From contig CANQXY010000004.1 of NCBI GenBank assembly GCA_947627935.1, forward strand, positions 1,536-65,535: a DNA stretch of 64,000 bases, given 5' to 3'. This DNA comes from an uncultured Clostridia bacterium (GTDB lineage Bacteria > Bacillota > Clostridia > TANB77 > CAG-508). Below the pieces are notes generated by a model. The model did no database searches, was not told where the DNA came from, and saw only the letters and a program-made list of their open reading frames with translations. Made by a program: the position numbers and the translations under genes. Positions 28,276 to 37,313 of this stretch are shown here, in pieces (position 1 is the stretch's first letter; each line of letters opens with the position of its first letter).

Positions 28276-28707
28276 TTATTTAGATATTTGTGATATATGT
28301 ATCTTTTTTATTCTGTTAGTCTTCTTATGATATTCTATTTTATCACATTTAAACTTTATTGTGCTATAATTTTTTACGAAATTATCAATTCCGCCGTTAT
28401 AAATAGTCTCCATATCATATGTAGTATCATTATCTATAATATATATTTCTATTTTTATTGAATTTTCTTCATCTTCTACATATTTACCATCTTGATTTTT
28501 TTGTACATTGTAATTTATATTATTATCTATAGCTTTATTTATTAATGTTGCTATATCTATACCTTGTAGTTCTTTCTCATAATAGTATTCAAATTCTAGA
28601 TTATCTTTTTTTACTTTATTATATGATGATTTATAATTAATATAAACCATAGATATTGATACTACTATAATTAAAACTAATACTAAAAAAATTATTATTT
28701 TTTTCAT
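28276..28707 (-). CDS. Membrane-anchored paralog of the pilin-like family (143 aa) lacking the MENASKAL leader
   Basis: N-terminus MKKIIIFLVLVLIIVVSISMVY. It shares the family C-terminal motif KFKCDKIEYHKKTNRIKKIHI. Confidence 0.4.
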   Translation of the reverse strand: MKKIIIFLVLVLIIVVSISMVYINYKSSYNKVKKDNLEFEYYYEKELQGIDIATLINKAIDNNINYNVQKNQDGKYVEDEENSIKIEIYIIDNDTTYDMETIYNGGIDNFVKNYSTIKFKCDKIEYHKKTNRIKKIHISQISK

Positions 28708-28769
28708 TTTATTTCCTTATTAAATTTAACATATTAGATTTTATTTTTCAACTTAAAATATCATAAGTT

Positions 28770-29231
28770 TTAATTCTTTTTAAATATTACTTGATATACT
28801 CTTCCTGTTTTGGAACTAATCTTAACTTGTGAGCATTTATAAGTATTCTTCGTTACACTTGCTTGATTTTCTTCTAATTTTTCATTTTGTTTATCTAAAC
28901 TTAGTGTTTCGAAGTTGTTATCACTATCTAGTTTTACATTTATGTAAAAAGTACTATCAATTCCTGCAGATGATGTATCTAAATTATATTTATCATTATT
29001 TTCTTTTGCATAATTTGCAGCAGTTATTACATCATATATCGTTAAATCGCTTCTTCCTTCATATACTGTAAATTTTGAATTGAATTCTGAAAGTATTTTT
29101 TGTTCATTTTCTTTTTGTATATCTGCTGCCGAAGATCCAAATGTTGCAATTAAATATGCTGCTAATGATAGTATTAAAACTGCCATTAATACTCCTGCTG
29201 CCATAATTAAAGCTTTTGATGCATTTTCCAT
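28770..29231 (-). CDS. Pilin-like protein (153 aa), N-terminus MENASKALIMAAGVLMAVLILSLA
   Basis: Carries the family motifs FNSKFTVYEG and C-terminal YKCSQVKISSKTGRVYQVIF. Confidence 0.45.
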   Translation of the reverse strand: MENASKALIMAAGVLMAVLILSLAAYLIATFGSSAADIQKENEQKILSEFNSKFTVYEGRSDLTIYDVITAANYAKENNDKYNLDTSSAGIDSTFYINVKLDSDNNFETLSLDKQNEKLEENQASVTKNTYKCSQVKISSKTGRVYQVIFKKN

Positions 29232-29242
29232 AACACACCTCT

Positions 29243-29983
29243 TTATTCAAATGTTCCTGTAAATTCAAATTTCATTTTTATTATTCTACCTGTTGTTTTA
29301 TCATATTCTGTAGATGTACATCTAAAATGAGCTCTTTTAAGTTGTACATATTCATAATATTTATATATATCTTCCCTTATTGTACTTCCTTCTGCAATTT
29401 TATCAAAACTATTTATTTCATTTCTTGCTAATGATAATTTGTTATAACTATCTACTGCATTATCTTTTTTTTCTTGTATACTATCATTAGATATAAATAT
29501 TTTTGTAATTGATTTTGATAAATTTTCTAAACTGTTTTCACTATATTTACTAATAATTTCATCTAAATCTTTTTTTAATCCACTTCTAAAAGTACTATTG
29601 TTCGTTTTTTCTGTATATGTTTTTTTTGTTATCAATTTAGGATTTTCTCCATCTGCTGTAAATCCTTTTAAGTCTCCTAAATTTATTGTTACTTCTATAG
29701 GTTCATAACCTACATTTAATCCTTCATTTCCTATATTAGATTTTCTATCATTGTAATTTGCAACTTTGTTTAATAGTGAAAATAATTCTGTTCCTCTTAC
29801 ATCTTCTCTATTATATGCTTCATATTCTAGATTAAATTTAACTATTTCTTCTTCACTTGCTACACTACCTTCATTAGAATAAAATATTCCAATTCTATTA
29901 AACATCATTACTAATAGTGTAACAGTTAAAACAGCGATTAACATTCCTCCAGCCATTAACAAAGCTTTTGATGCATTTTCCAT
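29243..29983 (-). CDS. Pilin-like protein (246 aa), N-terminus MENASKALLMAGGMLIAVLTVTLL
   Basis: Carries the family motifs FNLEYEAYN..VRG and C-terminal FRCTSTEYDKTTGRIIKMKF. Confidence 0.45.
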   Translation of the reverse strand: MENASKALLMAGGMLIAVLTVTLLVMMFNRIGIFYSNEGSVASEEEIVKFNLEYEAYNREDVRGTELFSLLNKVANYNDRKSNIGNEGLNVGYEPIEVTINLGDLKGFTADGENPKLITKKTYTEKTNNSTFRSGLKKDLDEIISKYSENSLENLSKSITKIFISNDSIQEKKDNAVDSYNKLSLARNEINSFDKIAEGSTIREDIYKYYEYVQLKRAHFRCTSTEYDKTTGRIIKMKFEFTGTFE

Positions 29984-29999
29984 ATCAATTCTCCTATCT

Positions 30000-32078
30000 T
30001 TATACTGTTAAATTTTGAAATGTATTAGACATTGCAGTTAATCCTATAAATACTAATGGTATAATTAAATATCCTACAAATAGACATACCATTGGTGCAA
30101 ATCCTATAGCTTTTCCTATCATACCCTTTTTTTGTATTAATCTATCATTTGATTCTTTACGTTTAGCTTGATAATAATCTCTTTCTGAATCTAATTCATC
30201 AAATGCATCTCTAATTGGTATTTTTTCAACTGCTGCTTGTAAACTTTCAATTATACGTATAAATTGTGGATATGATACATCATTTTTTAATTCTTCTAAT
30301 GCTTCCCACGCTCCAGCTTCATAGTTGTTAACACATTTGCTAATAGGTTCTTTGAATATATTTGAATATCTTTCAAGCCATTCTAATATGATTTCAACAC
30401 TAACTCTTTCTATCCTCATAAGCATAAGTATAATTGTTTGGAACTGCATTACTTCATCTTCCATTTCAAGTTGTCTCATTTTTAATTGGAATTTTAATAT
30501 CCAAATTGGTCCCATATATGCAACTAATGCAAATACAATTGCTAATAATAATTCAAACCATTGCATATATTCACTATTTACTATTTTTAATTTTTTAAAC
30601 ACCCTTTCAGATGCTGTTTTTATTTCTTCATCAGTTGAATCTTGATAATATTTTGAATATTTCATTGCATGTTGTATATCTTCAACTGTAGTATCCATTT
30701 TTCCTTTAAACTTATCTAAAAATACATTGTCTTTTTCTGTTAATTCATTAGCATTTTTTAAATCTCTTTCAGACAGTCCTCCTATTATATCATAATCAGT
30801 AGTAGGTTCTTCATAAACATAATTTACTGCAATCCTATGTAATTGTGCAAAAACAACTATTGAAGTTAGTAATGTAACTATGGCTAATGCAATTCTATTT
30901 ACATATAACCATTCCATTTTTAGTTTTGATGCAGAATCTTTAAGTAAATTTTGTACTTTTCTATAATCTTTTGTACCTTTTTTTGGTATAAATAAATCTA
31001 CTATTTTCTTTATTATAGGTTTTCTGTATAATTTAGCCTGCCATGGATTTTCAGATCTTGTATCAATTGAAGTTGATCCATTATCTTTTAACTTTCTAGT
31101 AAGCATGTATGCTACAACTGTTATTATCATCATTAATATCTGTACAATCATTCCTGATTTGCCTTGGTAAAAACTTTGTGTAAAGCTGAAATTTGATATA
31201 GCCCAATTTTTTAATGGTTCTAATAATAATATTGGAACTATTGATATTACTGACAAACTTTGGAATACATAGTCTAATTTATCTCTTTTTAAAATTTCAA
31301 GTTGCATTTCTTGTGTTATATTATTAACATTTTTTAAATATAATGAAGCTCCATCTATTTTTCTATCTCCAAATTCTTTTGTTAAATATGATATTCCTGC
31401 AAATTCTTTTAAGAAACTATTTGGTGCAACATCATAATATTTTTCAAGTTCTGTTTCTGGTTCATTTGATATTAAAACTTCGTATATCTTTTCACCTTGT
31501 CTTGATACATCCATTTCGTCGTCTTGAGATACTTGATATATAGCCTCTTCTACCATATTAAATTCATGATATGCATGTCTTATTTCTGAAAAAAATTCTA
31601 TTTGTTGTTTCAATAAATTATTATCTTTTTTATCTACTAATCCATCTATATATGTATCTATCATAAATAATTCAAATATCAAGATAATTCCCATTAATAA
31701 CATATTTGAATGTGTTATTACTATAGTAAAAATTACTAGTGGTGTTAATATTAATAAAGTTTTTGTTAATATTTTAGCTGCATCTCTTCTTGTTATATAT
31801 TCATCATCTACATTTATTATTTCCAATCTTCTTCTAAGTTTTAATACATATCTTTTTAAAATTGGTATTTTTAAATATGTTAAATATAATTTTTGAAATA
31901 GAACTTCTGAAGAATATTTATTTGATTTTGTTCCTTGTTGTAATTGAGCTATTTGTTTATATTCAGAGTCTTGCATTTTCTTTCTTAATAAATAATATGC
32001 AATGATTATTATAGCAAATAGTCCTACTGTTCCACCCATTATATAAAATAAAATTTCATTTGATATCAATAATAACAC
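30000..32078 (-). CDS. Polytopic membrane platform protein, apparently a fused TadB/TadC (two T2SS-F-like halves)
   Basis: 692 aa with clusters of TM helices separated by cytoplasmic helical regions. The C-terminal region resembles the T2SSF domain. The true start may be the TTG at 32069 (GGAGG RBS) rather than the GTG at 32078. Confidence 0.5.
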   Translation of the reverse strand: MLLLISNEILFYIMGGTVGLFAIIIIAYYLLRKKMQDSEYKQIAQLQQGTKSNKYSSEVLFQKLYLTYLKIPILKRYVLKLRRRLEIINVDDEYITRRDAAKILTKTLLILTPLVIFTIVITHSNMLLMGIILIFELFMIDTYIDGLVDKKDNNLLKQQIEFFSEIRHAYHEFNMVEEAIYQVSQDDEMDVSRQGEKIYEVLISNEPETELEKYYDVAPNSFLKEFAGISYLTKEFGDRKIDGASLYLKNVNNITQEMQLEILKRDKLDYVFQSLSVISIVPILLLEPLKNWAISNFSFTQSFYQGKSGMIVQILMMIITVVAYMLTRKLKDNGSTSIDTRSENPWQAKLYRKPIIKKIVDLFIPKKGTKDYRKVQNLLKDSASKLKMEWLYVNRIALAIVTLLTSIVVFAQLHRIAVNYVYEEPTTDYDIIGGLSERDLKNANELTEKDNVFLDKFKGKMDTTVEDIQHAMKYSKYYQDSTDEEIKTASERVFKKLKIVNSEYMQWFELLLAIVFALVAYMGPIWILKFQLKMRQLEMEDEVMQFQTIILMLMRIERVSVEIILEWLERYSNIFKEPISKCVNNYEAGAWEALEELKNDVSYPQFIRIIESLQAAVEKIPIRDAFDELDSERDYYQAKRKESNDRLIQKKGMIGKAIGFAPMVCLFVGYLIIPLVFIGLTAMSNTFQNLTV

Positions 32079-32095
32079 CTCCTTATGTGTAAAAT

Positions 32096-34042
32096 TTAAA
32101 CTGTCTTAGGTTTTCTTCCTCTTCTCTTTTTTTCTTCTGCTCCTACTGTAACTGTTTCGTTTGATTTTCCCCAATATTTTTGAATAAATTTGTCAAATTC
32201 TTCTGCATCACTTTCATCCATATTGTTTCTCATTTCTCTAATATTTTTATCTGATATTTTATTTGTAATTACATATTCTCCATTTACATATTCTAAAATA
32301 TTTCTATATGTATATAATTGTCTTTCTGTTGTTTTTGTAAAATAATGTGTTGCATTATCAAAGAATTTATCAAATTTACCTTCTAAAGTTTTCTCTTTTC
32401 TATGATCAAAAGTATATTCATTTTTTTGTTCTACTGGAATACATTCTGTTACTCTTTCTATGTATCTTCTTCCTCTAAAGTCTTTAACTAAATGTATATC
32501 AAAATTTAATACTTGTACAACTTGTTCTTCTGCTGTTCTTTCATCTTTAAACACTCCTGCTCTTAACATTGAGTTACGAAGAGCTGTTACTAAATCTGGG
32601 AATGTTTTAGCATGGTGAGTAAATAATGTGAACTTTGATGCAACTTGTGCTGATTGTATCATCCAAGATGCAACAGGGTCTGTTGCAACCTCACCTATAA
32701 TGTTAACAGAACCATCTGTTTTCTTTTGAACGTCCAAACAATCTTGTCCTGAAACTGTTTCTGTTTCACGCATTGATAAAATATTTCTTGTTGGATATAT
32801 TTTTCTTAAGTGTAACTCAAATGCTGTTTCTGTAATACGAAGGTTCATTGTTTCATAAATGTTTTCTATCATTGCCATAAGCATTGTTGTTTTACCACAA
32901 CCTTGCTCACCAGTAAGTGATATAATTCTTGCACCTTTTACTAAGAATTTTAGTAAATTTATTGCATCTTCTTTTCCAGGGAATAATACTATTTGCTCTA
33001 ATGTAGCACGTTTAACGTCAAATTTTCTTACGAAAAATGCCCATGTTTCTGACATACTTGGTCTTACAACAACAACACGTGATCCATCTTTCATTTCATT
33101 TATTTTATAACCATTTGTATCTGATAATTGTCCTGGATTGTTATATTTATATATATTTTGACATACTCTCTTAAGTTCTGCTTCTGTTCCAAATGATAAA
33201 AATGCTAAACGTATTGATTTACCTTGGAACATTATCCAAATACTATCACATGCTCTAGGTACTTTATGTTCTGTTATTTGTTCTAAATAATCTCCATCTG
33301 TTTGTGACACTTGGCTTAAGAATGATTCTGGAAGTCCAGATACACCACCAGAAACACCATCTATGTTCATATCTCTTATTTCATCTATTGCACTATATCC
33401 TTTATAGTGTTGATATATTCTTTGTACTAATATACTTAATTTATCTTGAAATGATAATACTATATTTTCAGTTTCATATATCTCGTTTATTTCATCTTCT
33501 GTTATAACATATGATGGTTTTGTTTCACCTTCGACATATTTTAATGCTGCTAAATTATATTTTTTTATCATTTCTGTTAATGCTTCATAACCAAACTCTT
33601 TTTTATACATATATATTAATATGTCAAATTTATCTTGAGCAGTTAAAAGTGATGGAATATCAAATGGTATTGATTTTGAAATATTTACTTCATCTACTCC
33701 ATATTCTTGTTCTAATAAATCTGATATAAGTTCTTTAACATATTTTTTGTCATTTACATCTCCATATGTACAACCTTTTAATGCTTTCTTTAGTTCATAT
33801 TTTTTATTTTTTCTTCTTTTTAATTCTTCTTCTGAAAGTCCTATATCATATAAATTAACTTTTGTTATTTCATCTAATCTTTTTTTAACAAATTGTGTCA
33901 TCATTTGTAATGTATAAGTTTGATCATCTACTTCTACTGTTTCTTCTACAGGTGCTTCATTTTTATTTTTTATATATCTCATTACTGCAAATATAGCTAA
34001 ACATATAATTATTAACATTAATATAATATTAGTTATAGTCAT
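32096..34042 (-). CDS. CpaF/TadA-VirB11 family secretion ATPase with an unusual N-terminal TM anchor (648 aa)
   Basis: Walker A GEQGCGKTT; DGSRVVVVRP..AFFVRKF (CpaF-like); Walker B region GSVNIIGEV; His box FTHHAKT. The N-terminus MTITNIILMLIIICLAIFAV is hydrophobic. Confidence 0.7.
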   Translation of the reverse strand: MTITNIILMLIIICLAIFAVMRYIKNKNEAPVEETVEVDDQTYTLQMMTQFVKKRLDEITKVNLYDIGLSEEELKRRKNKKYELKKALKGCTYGDVNDKKYVKELISDLLEQEYGVDEVNISKSIPFDIPSLLTAQDKFDILIYMYKKEFGYEALTEMIKKYNLAALKYVEGETKPSYVITEDEINEIYETENIVLSFQDKLSILVQRIYQHYKGYSAIDEIRDMNIDGVSGGVSGLPESFLSQVSQTDGDYLEQITEHKVPRACDSIWIMFQGKSIRLAFLSFGTEAELKRVCQNIYKYNNPGQLSDTNGYKINEMKDGSRVVVVRPSMSETWAFFVRKFDVKRATLEQIVLFPGKEDAINLLKFLVKGARIISLTGEQGCGKTTMLMAMIENIYETMNLRITETAFELHLRKIYPTRNILSMRETETVSGQDCLDVQKKTDGSVNIIGEVATDPVASWMIQSAQVASKFTLFTHHAKTFPDLVTALRNSMLRAGVFKDERTAEEQVVQVLNFDIHLVKDFRGRRYIERVTECIPVEQKNEYTFDHRKEKTLEGKFDKFFDNATHYFTKTTERQLYTYRNILEYVNGEYVITNKISDKNIREMRNNMDESDAEEFDKFIQKYWGKSNETVTVGAEEKKRRGRKPKTV

Positions 34043-34056
34043 TTATTTTAGCCTCC

Positions 34057-34893
34057 TTATCTTCTTTGTTGTAATATTTGTAACCTATATAAAATGTTTT
34101 CAGATAATCTATTTACTTCACTTATAAAAAATGAATTTCTTTCATCTTCTATTTTTCTAAATTTTAAAAACAAATCTGCTACTTTTCCTTCCTCTGCTGC
34201 TTCAAAATATTGAGTGTTATATGGTAAAGTTAGAACTTGATTTCTTTCTCCTAAATATCTTGTTATATTTTTTGAAGTATATTTTGAAAATTTATCATAT
34301 CTTCCTATCAATAATAATACTTTAGGATCTTTAAATAATGGATTTTTTGTTTTTATATCAAGGAAATTGTTTATTGCTCTTAATCTTTGTGATAATGTTG
34401 CAACTACCAAATCTGACATTTTTATTATTTCATCTTGCAATGGTATTGGCATTACAGTTGCTAAATCTACAAATACAAAATCATAATATGTGTTTGCTAA
34501 TTCTATAATTTGTATATAACTTTCTGCTATTTGTTTATATTCACTTTCTTGTCCTTCAAATCCTAATAACAATTCTAATCTATCTTTGAATATTATTTTT
34601 GTATAATCTGTTATTAAATTTGCTGTAAATTTATTACTTCTTACAATTCTATCTAATCCTTCTATTCCACTTTGTATAGACGAATTAGCATTTTGTCCAA
34701 ATAATCCTATATTTTTTGTTGTTTTTTTATTTTGTTCAAAAAAACAATTTTCTATAGTTTCATCATTAAGACTTGTAGATATTAATAAAATCTTTTTATT
34801 ATGTTCTATTGCCATATGTGTTGCCACAGCGACAGCAGATAGTGTCTTTCCTACATGTTCTTTATTATTACCCCAAAATGTAACAATTGCCAT
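34057..34893 (-). CDS. ParA/MinD-family ATPase (TadZ/CpaE-like)
   Basis: 278 aa with a deviant Walker A, FWGNNKEHVGKT, and the Walker B-like YDFVFVDLA. Confidence 0.55.
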   Translation of the reverse strand: MAIVTFWGNNKEHVGKTLSAVAVATHMAIEHNKKILLISTSLNDETIENCFFEQNKKTTKNIGLFGQNANSSIQSGIEGLDRIVRSNKFTANLITDYTKIIFKDRLELLLGFEGQESEYKQIAESYIQIIELANTYYDFVFVDLATVMPIPLQDEIIKMSDLVVATLSQRLRAINNFLDIKTKNPLFKDPKVLLLIGRYDKFSKYTSKNITRYLGERNQVLTLPYNTQYFEAAEEGKVADLFLKFRKIEDERNSFFISEVNRLSENILYRLQILQQRR

Positions 34894-34897
34894 AGTC

Positions 34898-35593
34898 TTA
34901 TGCTCCTTTTTCTATAGTTTTTATAGCCTTTCTAATATCTGTATTTTTAACTTCTTTATAAATGCCTTCTACAATATAAGATAAATTTTCTTTATATGCA
35001 GAAGTTAATTTTTTGAATTTGATTTTTTCAACTCTCTGATTTTCTATAATAGCACTAAAATCTTCCATTGTTATAGTAAAATAAATTTTATATTCATTCC
35101 AACTTATATTGCAATCTTTAGATAGAAAATCTAAATATTGTTCTTCTTCTGGTAACATATTTTTTGAAAACAATATTTTTGTAACCTTGATTTGTTCTTC
35201 AAGTTCACTTAATACTTCTAATCCTTTTTTTAAATCATAAACATCAAAAGATGTAACAAAATAATTTATATCTGAATTTTCTAATTCAAATCTTTTAAAC
35301 ATATCATATGAATCAGTATCTACAAACACTATATCATATGATTGATTTAAGTCATCAATTCCTAAGTATTGTCTTAAATGTTCAAAGCTACTAAATCCTA
35401 TAGCTACATCTATATTTTCAAATTCTGTTACATAGTTTGCAGTTGGAGTTATAGCTGGCACTACATATTTGGCTTTTTGCTTTTGTGTACAATCTACTAT
35501 TAGAATTCTTTTACCTAAAACTGTTAAAATCTTTGCTACATATAACATAAGGTCAATTTTATCATAAGCTCCAATAAATCCTATTTTTTGCAT
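34898..35593 (-). CDS. Degenerate ParA/MinD-like protein lacking a P-loop
   Basis: 231 aa. It has the same fold signature (IGFIGAYDKIDL.., YDIVFVDTDS), but the GKT/GKS of Walker A is absent. Confidence 0.45.
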   Translation of the reverse strand: MQKIGFIGAYDKIDLMLYVAKILTVLGKRILIVDCTQKQKAKYVVPAITPTANYVTEFENIDVAIGFSSFEHLRQYLGIDDLNQSYDIVFVDTDSYDMFKRFELENSDINYFVTSFDVYDLKKGLEVLSELEEQIKVTKILFSKNMLPEEEQYLDFLSKDCNISWNEYKIYFTITMEDFSAIIENQRVEKIKFKKLTSAYKENLSYIVEGIYKEVKNTDIRKAIKTIEKGA

Positions 35594-35645
35594 AGTATTC
35601 TTCCTTTCTCCTCAGTATTAAGGGCATATAAATATGCCCTTAATA

Positions 35646-36551
35646 TTAATATCCTGCTAATGTATCTAAATATTGTTTTCTTGATTCTTGTGAATTTGCT
35701 GTACTATTTGATATTCCTTCTTCTACGTTTGTTTGAGCTTGTTCTGATCCGGCAATTGCAGGAGTTAAATGTTCATTTCTTAGCTGTGATAAATTATTTT
35801 GGCCATATCTTGCATTTAATGCATTCATAGCTTCTTTTAATATGTTTGGATCACTTTTTAATAATGCAACTACTTCTGCACTTACAGGATATGTAGGTGT
35901 AGCAGCTTTTTGCATTCCTGGGTCTGTATATTTTGTAGCATATATTTTTGATCCATTAATTTTAAATGCATCATAAATTGCATTTGAAATTGATAATATT
36001 TCATCTTCACTTAAATTAATTCTTATTGTGTCTGATGAAAGAGATCCTCCTAAATCTGGTATTTCAACTTTTTTCTTAGATACAACTATATAATTTTGTC
36101 CTGATGGAAGCATTAATCTAATATCAACATAATCTCCATCTTCTAAGTCTATTGGTAAGACTATCATATTATATTCTTCTATTCTTGTATCATCATTTAT
36201 TTTATTATCTGACTCAGTTATTAAATCTGATGTTATTATAGTATTTTTATTCATATCAACTTTTGCAATTACATTTTCTTCTCCAGTTAAGCTAATTGCA
36301 TTAGCTGGTACTGCATCAGAAGGAAGTGTTTTTGCAGTAATTGTACTTAAATCTACTGTTTCTCCAGATTTAACATCTTTATTTAATACATATACTGTTT
36401 TACTAGCCGCTTTTTCTTCTTGTTCTTTCTTTTTAATATTCATTAATTGTAAAAATAATAACGCTATTATTATACCTGTTATAACTAACGTTAATAACAT
36501 TCCTAACAAAAATGAATTTCTTGATTTTCTTTGCATTGGATTTGTTGCCAT
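35646..36551 (-). CDS. CpaB/RcpC-like pilus assembly protein
   Basis: 301 aa with an N-terminal TM, a SAF-like segment (LNKDVKSGETV) and a GDYVDIRL motif, as in CpaB. Strong AAGGGAGG RBS. Confidence 0.55.
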   Translation of the reverse strand: MATNPMQRKSRNSFLLGMLLTLVITGIIIALLFLQLMNIKKKEQEEKAASKTVYVLNKDVKSGETVDLSTITAKTLPSDAVPANAISLTGEENVIAKVDMNKNTIITSDLITESDNKINDDTRIEEYNMIVLPIDLEDGDYVDIRLMLPSGQNYIVVSKKKVEIPDLGGSLSSDTIRINLSEDEILSISNAIYDAFKINGSKIYATKYTDPGMQKAATPTYPVSAEVVALLKSDPNILKEAMNALNARYGQNNLSQLRNEHLTPAIAGSEQAQTNVEEGISNSTANSQESRKQYLDTLAGY

Positions 36552-36675
36552 GACAAATTCCTCCCTTAATTTATAATTTATATTATTTTTTTACAAAATA
36601 TTCATCTATTTTATTTTAACTTAAATCAAGTTGAAAATCAATAATTTATAGCGTTTGTAACCTAAAATTAATATC

Positions 36676-36697
36676 ATTGTAATATTATTGTAATATT
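36676..36697. repeat. Tandem 11-mer ATTGTAATATT x2 in the divergent intergenic region between the filament operon and the SASP gene
   Basis: Read directly at 36676-36686 and 36687-36697. Confidence 0.9.
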
Positions 36698-36822
36698 ATT
36701 TTTTTATTCCTTATTTTTTGAAAAATTTACCTGTTTATTTTAAAAAAAATTGCTAATTCTATTATTAGAAAAAGCAAAAGTTTTTTCTATAAATGTTATA
36801 TATAGCAGGAGGTGAAAAAACA

Positions 36823-37020
36823 ATGGCAAACACAAGTAACAGAAAATTAGTTCCAGAAGCTATGTCTGCATTAGACAAATTCAAATATGAAGTTGCTTCA
36901 GAAGTTGGTGTTAACTTAAAAGACGGATATAATGGTGACATTTCAGCTAAAGACGCTGGTAAAATAGGTGGACAAATGGTTAAAAAAATGATCGAACAAG
37001 CTGAAAGAAACATGAAATAG
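36823..37020 (+). CDS. Small acid-soluble spore protein, alpha/beta type
   Basis: 65 aa: MANTSNRKLVPEAMSALDKFKYEVASEVGV..GGQMVKKMIEQAE. AGGAGGTG RBS. Confidence 0.9.
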   Translation: MANTSNRKLVPEAMSALDKFKYEVASEVGVNLKDGYNGDISAKDAGKIGGQMVKKMIEQAERNMK

Positions 37021-37142
37021 TTATTACTATTTTAAAATTTGAATTCTATTTATAGACAGGAGGTTAAGTTTTGTTTTTATGAATACATAAAGGCAGGATT
37101 TGATTTCCTGCCTTTTCTTATTTTTAATTATGCTTCTGGTTC
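36908..37142 (+). repeat. Direct repeat copy 1 (235 bp): SASP 3' part, intergenic terminator and the last 15 nt of hpf
   Basis: Aligned base by base to 38576-38810 (offset 1668): 233/235 identical. Confidence 0.95.
37089..37117. terminator. Bidirectional terminator (duplicated at 38757-38785)
   Basis: AAAGGCAGGA-TTTGAT-TCCTGCCTTT with flanking A/T runs. Confidence 0.75.
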
Positions 37143-37313
37143 ATAAAATGTAATTTTTTAAATTAATTGTTGTAAATATTAAAAATAGTACAAACTCAAC
37201 AAGAGGAATTTTGTGAAACACTCTTTTTTTTGCATTATAATTTGTTTTGTAACTATTAATTAAGGATTATGCTTGCTACTTTCTTTATTTATTAGGGAAA
37301 ATCATTTTTCCCC

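Noticed and set aside
36765-37013. Tracked minus-strand ORFs 36765-37013 and 38499-38681.
   Set aside because: They are antisense to the SASP gene and to its duplicated 3' fragment. The near-identical peptide in both simply reflects the 235-bp repeat.
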